The position numbers and the translations under genes were made by a program. Shown piece by piece: positions 54,489-64,000 of a DNA stretch of 64,000 bases; within the stretch, counting starts at the first letter, position 1; every line of letters begins with the position of its first letter. The DNA comes from Takakia lepidozioides (lineage: Eukaryota; Plantae; Bryophyta). The notes under the pieces are model-generated. The model made no database searches, was not told the DNA's origin, and saw nothing but the letters and a program-made list of their open reading frames with translations. The stretch covers positions 11,284,001 to 11,348,000 of the forward strand of contig CM060731.1 of assembly GCA_030704615.1 (NCBI GenBank), written 5' to 3'.

Positions 54489-55207
54489 ACTTGATCCGAG
54501 ATCATTTTATATAGCTGGGCCACTAACCATTTGGCCCTCTATTGGACGTTGAACGTCCAATTTTGGAATTGTCCCCAACGGAAACATCATCTTGTTGTAT
54601 TAGTGCAAGATTTTATGTCAATATGAAATTTTGTTCTCCTTTTCTAATTTGTGTCGCTCTTTTAAGGAATCCAATATGTCCTTCCATTGTTTCATCGTCT
54701 TCTCATGACCACCTTTTGCATTGAACTGATTCATTAACATTTTCCAATCTTTTTTTCTGGACGTTAAAGTGACTTTATCTTATCTTTTTTCCTAAAATTA
54801 CCAGCATAAGTAGATTGCTCTCATGTATAGCAGGAGGTAAGTAGAAGTAACAAGTGGCTCCGCCACAAGAGGCTCTGTCCTTCGGTGATTTTGGGGTTAT
54901 TGTTTTATACTTTTTCCATGGCTTCATGAATCATGCCCATCAACCCTCCAGAGACTAGGCTTAGAGCGTCCTTCCATGTGGGAGGAGCCCGGCCCGCAAA
55001 AAAAAAAGTTCGCCGGGTGCTAAAAAAATGGTCGGGTTCCCTCGAGCATTTCCAATGTCTTGTGGAGCTCGGCGGCCGAGTGATCGTTTTGGACTTTAGT
55101 GTGACGTGGTAGAGTTGAACACATTTTGGCGCGAAGAAGCTGTGAGCATACGAAAGATTTCGTCTCACTACGAACAACATGGGATAGCTTGGCTACGATG
55201 ACGATGG

Positions 55208-55750
55208 GTGATTGGCGCCTGCATAATGAGGAGACCGGTAGTGAACACAGTGTTATGCAGAAGAATCTATAGGGTATGGAGCGCCACAAGGTTGGCTCCA
55301 GGACGAGTTTACAAACATGGAAAATGGACTCTGCCTGAGACGATGACGTTGGTGGAGTGCAAACGGATAGACTGGGAGAAACATGGACCTGGAGCAAACA
55401 GGCAAGCTTTGATGGCCACGGCTGCTGAAAGATGGGCAGTCATGGAGGAGATGGTGAAGCGTGGAGTGTTACGATCCAAAAACCAATGTCAGAAAAAATG
55501 GGAGCAACTATCATCTGATTTCAAGAAGGTGTTTGATTATGAAAGATGTATTCCGTCTGGCCGTCAGAGCTACTTTTAGATGAGTCCTCAAGAGAGTAAG
55601 GAGAGCAGAACCCCGAAATTTCCAAAAGCCATCATGCTTGATGAGACAATGTACAAACATTTGTGCGAATGGTTTCCTCTCAAATCGCAAGTTGTTGATC
55701 CGGGCAACCTACCTATCAACACATCATCAAGAAGACCATCAAGTAGAGGT
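55208..55750 (+). pseudogene. Harbinger Myb/SANT (trihelix-like) DNA-binding ORF
   Basis: KWTLPETMTLVECK..RWAVM..GVLRSKNQCQKKWEQLSSDFKKVFDYE..SYF*MS; in-frame TAG at 55577. Confidence 0.85.
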
Positions 55751-55821
55751 GCATTCATCTTCAACCTAGCTTCAATAAAAATGAACAAAATTTCTACTAC
55801 TTCGGGGCCACTTCCTCCATA

Positions 55822-56705
55822 AACACCTTGAATGGTACCTAAACATGTCCAATTGCCGTGTGCCATGGCATTCTAGATTGCCAACAAGTAACATCATGCA
55901 CCTACCAATGCCTTTTAGGCTTCTGAATTTTTCCAGATTTTCAGATGCCCCCCCAAGCGGTGGTGTCAATTTATGTGAGTTTCAGGAGTGTTTCCTCCTT
56001 GAACATCTTGAATGGTACCTAAGCATATCCATTTGTAGTGTACCATGACATTCTACATTGCTAACAACTATCATCATGCACATACCAATGCCTTTTAGGC
56101 TTCTGAATTTTTTCCAGAGTTTTAGATGCCCCCCCGAGCGGCGGTGTCAGTTTTTGTGACTTTCAAAAGTGCTGCCTCCTTCAACACCTTGAATGGTACT
56201 TAAACTTGTCCAATTCTAGTGAACCATGGCATTCCAGATTGCTAACAAGTAGCATCATGCACCTACCAATGCTTTTTAGGCTTCTGATTATTTTCCATAG
56301 TTTTTAGATGCCTCTCCGAGCAGCGGTGTCAATTTCTGTGACTTTGGAAAGTGTTGTCTCCTTCAACACCTTGAATGGTACCTAAACTTGTTCAATTCTA
56401 GTGAGCCATGGCATTCTAGATTGCTAACAAGTACTCTGATGTATCAATGAATGCCTTATCCTTTTTTGATTTTTTTTCAGACTTTTAGTTGATACTTTCC
56501 AGGTCTGATTTCCTTTCCAGCTATGAGTTTCGAGACTGGTGCCTCTTTGAAACACCTTCAATGGCACTTCAACTTGTCCAATTGTAGTGAGCCTTGGCAT
56601 TATAGATTGCTAACAAGTATCATGACTCACCTAAAAACTCTTTTTAGGCTTCTGAATTTTCCATGGTTTTTAGATGCCCCCCGGAGCGGCGGTGTCAGTT
56701 TTGTG
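55822..56705 (+). repeat. ~181-bp tandem repeat, 5 units
   Basis: aacaccttgaatggtacctaa recurs near 55822, 56002, 56183, 56366 and 56551. Confidence 0.9.
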
Positions 56706-57629
56706 AAAAAGAACGATTTGTCCAAAACTCAGAACTAGGGCGAGGTTACATAACAGCTCTATTGAGTATTGGGGAGGGGCTGAAAAACATTGAGAAAGCA
56801 ATAGCAAAACCTAGCAAGTGAATGCAATGAAGCAATCTCCAATCTATGATATGGATTGGATTAGTTCATACAAAAAGGAATACTCACATATGTATGAACA
56901 CATGTTTGAAATTGACTTGAAAATTTTTATTCATCATGATGGAAACGGATTCCCTCCAAGAGATACAGATGTTTTGGCAATGACCATTTGCATTTGTTGT
57001 GCTTCATCGAGCGACGCTACGGCGTGAGCGGTGAGCGCACGCTCACGCGGGGCTGACGTGGCGTGAGCTCAGGCTGACGTATTGTGCTCACGCCACGTCA
57101 GCCCGAGCGGAGGCCACGTCAGCAAATGCCAAATGACGGGCGGTCGAAGAAAGGGCACCTATTCCCGTTGGACCTATATCCGTGGGAATAGGCATGTATA
57201 GTATAATGAAATTAAACCCCGTTATATAAGAAGACCCTATGGCTTCAATGAATAGGTAGGACTGTAAACCGCCGACCTATGCTGCATATTGCATACAAGA
57301 CAACAAAAGGCTCTTTTTGAGGTCTCTTCAGACAGCAACAGAAAGCATGGAGAGTAATTGAAAGGGATTGCATACATAGCAGAAATGGTGTGCTTTGAAG
57401 CACATCGTTTCTACCCCACCCAAAAGGCTTTTTTTGAGGTCTCTTCAGACAACAACAGAAAGCATGGAGGGTATTTGAAATGGATTGAATACATAACAAA
57501 AATAATGTGCTTCGAAGCATCTGGAAATGGGGTAAGGCAAGATTCTGTGCGGTGCCACACACCGTTTTTCCAACCAACCACACCACACCACTTTCCTACA
57601 TTGTTGTGAACCCCAAACAGCAGCCCCCA

Positions 57630-58059
57630 TCACCTGTGCGGCCTTGCTTTCGTAGTATACATCCTCCACATCTTCCTCCATGTCCTCCGTCTGGAACCTC
57701 CTCTATCTCTACATGTGGGTTCTCGATAACCACTCTCTGCATCTTTCCCTGCAATGTTTCGACAGATGGGTCAGTACCCAGACTGCAGAGATGGTATGCG
57801 GTGCCGCACACCACCATCCTACACTGTTGTGAACCCCAAACAACAGCCTCCATTCCTACCCTTCCAGTCAAAGCACACATTCAGAGGGAGTTTAAACGGT
57901 GTGCGGCGCCGCAGACCGTTTGTGCATTTTTTTCTACCCCCTTCAACACTCCATGAGCTTGATGGGGTCCCGAATTCGGTGTTTTTCAATGGGCAGAAAG
58001 GGTGTGCGGCGCCGCACCTTTTTCTCTGCCCCTGTCTCTCCCTCTGTCCAATCAAGATG

Positions 58060-58122
<63 letters not shown>

Positions 58123-58321
58123 AATCAACCAAAAAAACAAATTAAAAAAAAAAACAAATTTCCCCTTGGTTGGTTGGGAAAACGGTATGCGGCTTCGCAT
58201 ACATTTTTTCCAACCAACCAGGAAAAAAAAATAAAAATAAAAATAAAATTCCCCTTGGTTGGTTGGAAAATAGTGTGCGGTGCCGCACACACTTTTTCCA
58301 ACCAACCAAGGGGAAAAAAAA

Positions 58322-58355
<34 letters not shown>

Positions 58356-58765
58356 GAAAAACGATGTGCTGCGCCGCACACCCTTTCTGCCCATTGAAAA
58401 ACACCGAATTCGGGACCCCATCAAGCTCATGGAGAAGGTTCCATGGAGTGTTAAAGGGGGTAGAGAAGAATGCACAAACGGTCTGCGGCGCCACACCCGT
58501 TTAAGCTCCCTCTGAATGTGTGCTCTGATTGGAATTGTAGGAATGGAGGTTGTTGTTTGGGGTTCACAACAATGTAGGAAAGTGCCGCTGCACACCATCT
58601 CTGCAGTCCGGGTACTGACCCGTCTGTCAAAACATTGCAGGGGAAGATGCAGAGAATGGTTGTCGAGAACCCACCTGTAGAGACAGAGGAGGTCCAGACG
58701 GAGGACATGGAGGAAGATGTGGAGGATGCATACTATGAAAGCAAGGAAGCGCAGGTGATGGGGAA
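57630..58765. repeat. Fold-back: ~390-bp inverted arms around (AG)n, poly-T and smaller inverted repeats
   Basis: 57630-58020 is the near reverse complement of 58365-58765; (AG)n at 58062-58119; recurring palindrome GTGCGGCGCCGCAC. Confidence 0.88.
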
Positions 58766-58879
58766 CCAGAAAGTGAACTCGCAATTCGTAATCAACCACA
58801 TGGTTGTAGCAAGTGGGAGGTTGAGGATTCCGCTTTGTAGAATGGTCTCTATGCCGATTGTTCGACCACCGCTCAGTAG

Positions 58880-59075
58880 CGTTCTTCTGGGGTAGCTTAA
58901 GCTCCATGCCTAAGCATGCAATCACACTCCATCTCCCCAAACTTGACCCCCCCAAGACTGTTGCGATCATTCATGGGTTGTCGGAGGAGGAGATTCACTG
59001 GCCCACCATAGCCACGGTAACTGATTTTATCTTCGACCATGTGATGTAGTCTTTGATAAAATGTCGGACCAGCCG
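58880..59075 (-). pseudogene. Fragment of a DNA-directed RNA polymerase second-largest subunit, NRPD2/NRPE2 (Pol IV/V)-like
   Basis: [63 protein letters not shown] matches the universal YQRL.HMV.DK..GP...TRQP..GG..FGEME.DC..HGA block. Confidence 0.85.
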
Positions 59076-59189
59076 ACAACTGGCATGCCTTCGGGGAAAT
59101 CCCACCAGCGGTTATAAATGCCATCTGCGGAAATAGGTACAGTACCTTTTGTAAAAACCCCTGAGGCAGCCTCCATGTGAGCACTGCTT

Positions 59190-60422
59190 ACGATCTAGCA
59201 TTCCCTTGCTTCATCTACAGGTGTTACACGAGAACATTGATGGCGGTAACCCTCATCATGATGACCGCACAAGACAACGGACTCGTCTATATCTTGCCTC
59301 CTGTCTATGATGATGTTGTGAAGTATACAACAAGCCACAATCAAACTAGGGACACATTCCCTTCAAAATGCCAAATGCACGTTCAACCACCATTCTAGTG
59401 GAAGAATGTTTGTAATAATTGTATTGATCATAAATCGGTGGAAGGTTTGGCCAAGTCAGGGAACAAGCATATGTGCGCTACCGGTATATCCAGCATCTCC
59501 AATGATCAATTCTTTGACCTGAACACCTTCCACTTCTCTTGCTTGTCCATTCAACCTTTGTCCATTAGAAACAAGTTGAAAATGAGCGGCTAAAGACCCG
59601 AGCATCATGGACAGATCCTGGAAAACCTGCGAACGCATCTGTGAATCTTGCTTCTGCATCAACAATTGCTTGAAGAATCAAGCTAAAATTGTGGTCTCGA
59701 TCAAAATAATCAGATGCCCGCATATTCATAGGGAGCTCCAATGGTATGTGTGTGCAATCAATGGCACCTGCACATTGGGGAATGCCGTGCCAATTTTCAA
59801 ACCCCACCTTCACGCGAGCCAATTCCTCACCCTCAGCAACCCCAAACATTTCTACTGTTGTCATGAACGAATCTCCTGTAGCAAGACGTCTTACAACCAT
59901 TGCAACCTGCTTTGGAATTTCCATCCATCGACCAACGATTGTTCTCAAACCTGGAGGAGGTTTCTTCTCCATATCGGAAGCAACCAAACCGCAAATGTAT
60001 TCAAATGTGGAAATAGAGACACGGAAAAACTTACTGAACCGGCTAGGATCGTCTTTCATGACAAGATTTGAATATTGTTCCCACCAATGAATTGATCTCG
60101 GCTTGATGTACCATGGGCCAAATTCAACACCGAGGATTTCTGTCTTCGTCGCCTTGTTCACAAAAACTGCATATGTTAGTTCATCCTGGTCCTGCATTAC
60201 ACTCAACAGTGGATCTAAACTTTCTCTATTTCTTCTCTTCTTCAATCCCCTTGTACTAGAAATGTGAGAGACCAATTTTCTTTGGTTCACAGTTTGTGTG
60301 GTGTCCAATTGCATAGCTGTACCGATCGTAGCACTTGCTGCGATGAAAGCTGCACATGTTGCCTCATTTTTGTGATTCATGGTATCGCTTGATGATGTAG
60401 AAGTGGTGACCATCATTGTCAA
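59190..60422 (-). pseudogene. Harbinger DDE transposase (HARBI1/ALP1-like)
   Basis: FSKFFRVS..TFEYI; GAIDCTHI; FPGSVHDARV; IIGDAGY; HSSTRMVVERAFGILKG; IVACCILHN. Small deletions and frameshifts. Confidence 0.92.
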
Positions 60423-63187
60423 GGTCCTTGCGACGCAAGGTTGGGAAACATATTCGATGTATCACGGCTATCTCCTTTCTTTGTTCACCAAAACACCCCG
60501 TCAAGTATCTTGAGCTGTGCATCATTATCAAACCGCCTACAACAAGTCGTGGTGGTCTGCAACTGGCACATGCCGGTAAAAGTGCATCACAATTAATTCG
60601 CGGTACTCGGCGGACGAGCTCCCTTCCCATTTTATCGGGCTGCGCTACCGGGAACTCGTCGACCGGGCCCGCCGCCCCATGCATGGAAGTGAGAAGTGTA
60701 CCCCACCATTTTTTTTCCGTTTCCTCCCTTAAACGGTGGCCGGGTACATCGAAGGCTGCTCTTAATGGATAAGCCTAGTTCCCCAGTCCCTTGCGGGTCC
60801 CATCAACCCTCCGTAGACTAGGCTAGATGGATAAGCGTAGTTCTCCATTCTCCGCCTAGACAAGATGTCTCCACAATGCCTCTATCCCTTGCGGGACACA
60901 GCCAACAAACCACCCAAAGGAGCAACATATGATCCCATTACATTTTCTTGCCATGATACTCTTATAACCACTCCTTCCCTCTTTGGATAATATAACTCCC
61001 GCATACACATCGGAAAGTAGTATAATTTCCTGTTGCGGTGAGGGGACAACTTACTGAAAACAACAACATCTCATGAATATTTTCATTTTTGAGGCTCCTA
61101 ATACTCCTTATGTGCATCTACAACTGATTAGGTATGGGAGTCTAGAGATGAACCTCATCAACTCTAAATCGGCCCAGAGATGGCATGATTGTTGTATTAC
61201 TATTTTTTGAATAATAACCCCATCCTACAACCAAAATGATAGGCTTGAAGCATAATTTCATGGCATCTAGTTATGGTTTCGCATGAAGTACTGCTCCTCG
61301 GGTCATCTGCCACGGTCTCCGTGAGTATTTTCCTCATGGCCGTCTACGGGCATGTAAGGGTTTAATTTTTCCCTTCAATAATCATCAATAAAACTCTGGG
61401 GGACTACCTCCCCTTTCAACCAAAACCAAAATGTACAAAATGATAAAGAAACCCAATTCATTGGATAAAGATTTGGTTGGACTCAATGTAAATCGTATTT
61501 GTGAGCTGTCGCTCCCGCTTGTTTCCTTTGACCATGGACAATTACATACAATAATGCTGTATTTTCATGAGATTATCAAATAAATATTTCAATAAGTATT
61601 ACTGTTTACTTTTATTTTTCATAGACACAGGTTAATTTAATTATGAAATGTGTTTTTAAGTATAATGTTTGTTTTGATTTACTCCTGAGACCTAATATTT
61701 AACAGAGAGAGTTGGGTTGCATGTTCTCATCCCAAGATATCAACAACTTCAGATTCTGACCACACGAGCTTTCTGTACAGACTCCAGTTGTCTGCACATG
61801 AGCTGAGAGCTCCATCCCTTCCTGAAGATCAAGGCCTGATTATGGGTAGAAGAGGTTGCTTGGGTTCACGAGACAGGAGGCTCTCTTCCCAATTGCAGGA
61901 CCGTTACGAAGGTAGAATCCTGCGATCAGAGCGGTTTTCTGTGGCATTGAATGCTGTCTTTTGTCTTTTGCGATGCCTCTTCAACATCAATGGAAGTTTC
62001 GAGGTGTCGACAGCCCTGATATGATACTGTGATGGCGTATAGAACCTTAGATACCCATAGGGCCATAGGTCCCACGTCCCCTTTCTCGCATCCGAAAGTT
62101 ACTCTAGGAGTTAGCGCGATCGACCGGACCCAGGACTCAAAAACGAACAGTTGATACCTCCAGGCATAGGTTGGATTTTCTGTCAAGAATGAGCAAAAAC
62201 TTTCAGCCTTTAAAAAGTTGCCTGAGGAGTAATGTACTACTCGACAATCTCCGAACAATTACCAAAAGGATGAAATAAGTGCCAGAGCTACAGAGTCTTC
62301 CAACAGCAATCAACACTGCCTATGAGGATGAATGCATTATGCCAAAGCCAGAAATGCGGTGTCTTGTGTCTTCCTCTCCTCTCCCCTCAAGTTATAAAAG
62401 CTTCAGTCCACTGATGATCTCGGACACAGCTCTTCTCATGTGAGTTACATGATTTGGATTGTATAAGTATCCTGAATCCTGATCATCACATTGCAGGCTG
62501 ATCCTGCTCGGCTCACATGTATTGACCAGGGTCTACTCACTCACCTAATTCTGTGAACTTTGAAGTTAAGACTTAAATTTGTAGTTGCACCTGGAAGAGA
62601 AGCTATTTGCGCGCTAAAAAGTTGACCACCTGTGTTCCGTTCACCAACTTGATTCTGCACCAGTCGGGACGTCTACAGAGCCACTTTTATTTAGGAAATA
62701 CAAGCAGTAGGTTTTAGAGAGCACTCTAAAAATTCCGGTTCCCCCACAACACAGCATTCATTCCTTTCGACTGTTTTGAACTACCCTCCAACAAATACAC
62801 CTATAATAATCAACCCTGGTTCCCTACATGTATCATAACTCCGATGCCCCGTCCCGGTGGCACCAACAACGTGATTATTTACTCAGCCTCTAGGGCTATA
62901 GAGATCACCCTGCATTCATTCATTCCGCAACAAATGCTTACTCCATACTAGAGACGCATGGATATCGGTGGGACCCAGAGAATGATAACATGCCCCAGGC
63001 TGGTGAGCAAATAGAGTGCCCAAGCTCACGACCTTGAGTAGGGACTACCTAATAAGGGGCTGCCACCCAATATTCCAGGCCATTCAAGCTCCTGCCAAAG
63101 CTTTTAATGGCCAGCTTAACTCGTCCCCACTTTAGTCTGTATTTATCATAACGTGGATTGCCACCATCTTATAAGTAGGCAGCTCTC

Positions 63188-63224
63188 CCGCCCGCCCGCC
63201 CGCCCTCCCTCCCTCCCTCCCTCC
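63188..63224. repeat. (CCCG)n(CCCT)n microsatellite, G-quadruplex-capable on the minus strand
   Basis: cccgcccgcccgcccgccctccctccctccctccctcc. Confidence 0.7.
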
Positions 63225-63455
63225 TTGTCGTGCACCGCGCTGGCCTGACAGCCCGCGCTCCCGTCATCACCTTCTATTTATTATGTCGTGCGTCCCTGCT
63301 GGAGAAGACGACCTTCTCACCGCGCGGTCCTCCACCTATCACCGCACCTACCGATCCTGTCATCGCGCATTTGGATGATGAGGGTGACATCCTCGCTCTC
63401 ATCCACGGCAGGAGAACCTGATCCAACCTATGTCAGGTTCGATGATGATTGAGAA

Positions 63456-63668
63456 AGTACAAACCTTTTCACGCTCCTCGATCCTCGTTCCACCGCACGT
63501 GGATTTGAACCCAGCGCCACCCGCAGCGTGGAACAGATGAAATACATCCCCTTCTTAGCTAGTACACAACTTTTCACGCTCCTCGATCCTCGTTCCAGCG
63601 CACGTGGATTTGAACCCAGCACCACCCGATGCGTGGAACGGATGAAATACGTCCCCCTCTTAGCCAGC
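63456..63668 (-). repeat. Two tandem ~105-bp units with Pol III-like A/B boxes (SINE-like)
   Basis: Each unit on the minus strand has TRGCTAAGARGG and ctgGGTTCAAATCC. Confidence 0.55.
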
Positions 63669-64000
63669 TCGGCCGAGGGAATCATCCATCTACAGTTGTG
63701 TTCGAAACCCCTGGCCTGCAAATAAACAAAAATGTACCGTGTACTGGGAACAGTTTCTTTTTCTTAAAATATTTTTTGAAAAGGAGCGGCAGAATAGTTT
63801 GAGTCACATTGTTCCCATTAATTGTATCTATTTATACCATTTTTCAATTCACTGCTGGACGAGTCCGTTGAACAAGGATGTTTGGGAGTGGATGGCCATC
63901 CATCCCTCGACTTGCGAAGCCTAAAAACGATGAACAGTTTTGTGTGGATGAATACGGATCATCTAGGTAGTCGTATGTATGGACGGGAGTACGTATATGA

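Larger units (their letters stand above)
54964..60761. mobile_element. PIF/Harbinger transposon, 5.8 kb, defective
   Basis: TTA TSD (54961-54963, 60762-60764); TIRs GAGCGTCCTTCCATGT / GAGCAGCCTTCGATGT (13/16); convergent Myb-like and DDE ORFs. Confidence 0.85.

Noticed and set aside
57754-58970. 253-aa and 281-aa ORFs
   Set aside because: They run through (AG)n, poly-T and inverted-repeat DNA.
61780-62260. Coding-like ORFs on both strands
   Set aside because: No recognisable family or splice structure.

Overview
Repeat-rich land-plant nuclear DNA, probably a bryophyte/moss (inference from gene families and TE types). The first 19 kb holds two intact spliced host genes (TBL17/18-type O-acetyltransferase, CASP-like 5A) and a broken PLS-DYW PPR pseudogene. 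The rest is a nest of transposons. (1) A Copia remnant. (2) A 21.4-kb hAT element (23602-44972, perfect 8-bp TSD CTTGGCTG; about 14.5 kb without its nested retrotransposon). Besides a deleted transposase it carries an intronless RING-H2 gene and an intronless non-RD HND/DWG protein kinase gene, three arrays of ~51-bp-phased palindromes, and a 4.3-kb satellite block. (3) Two full-length copies of one chromodomain Ty3/gypsy family, each with TSD, PBS and a private micro-inversion. (4) A 5.8-kb PIF/Harbinger element (TTA TSD) carrying a fold-back and a fragment of an RNA polymerase second subunit that looks Pol IV/V (NRPD2/E2)-like. The best candidate for an undescribed system is the cargo-carrying giant hAT. 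All family assignments come from motif recognition, not database searches. Some frameshifts may be assembly errors.
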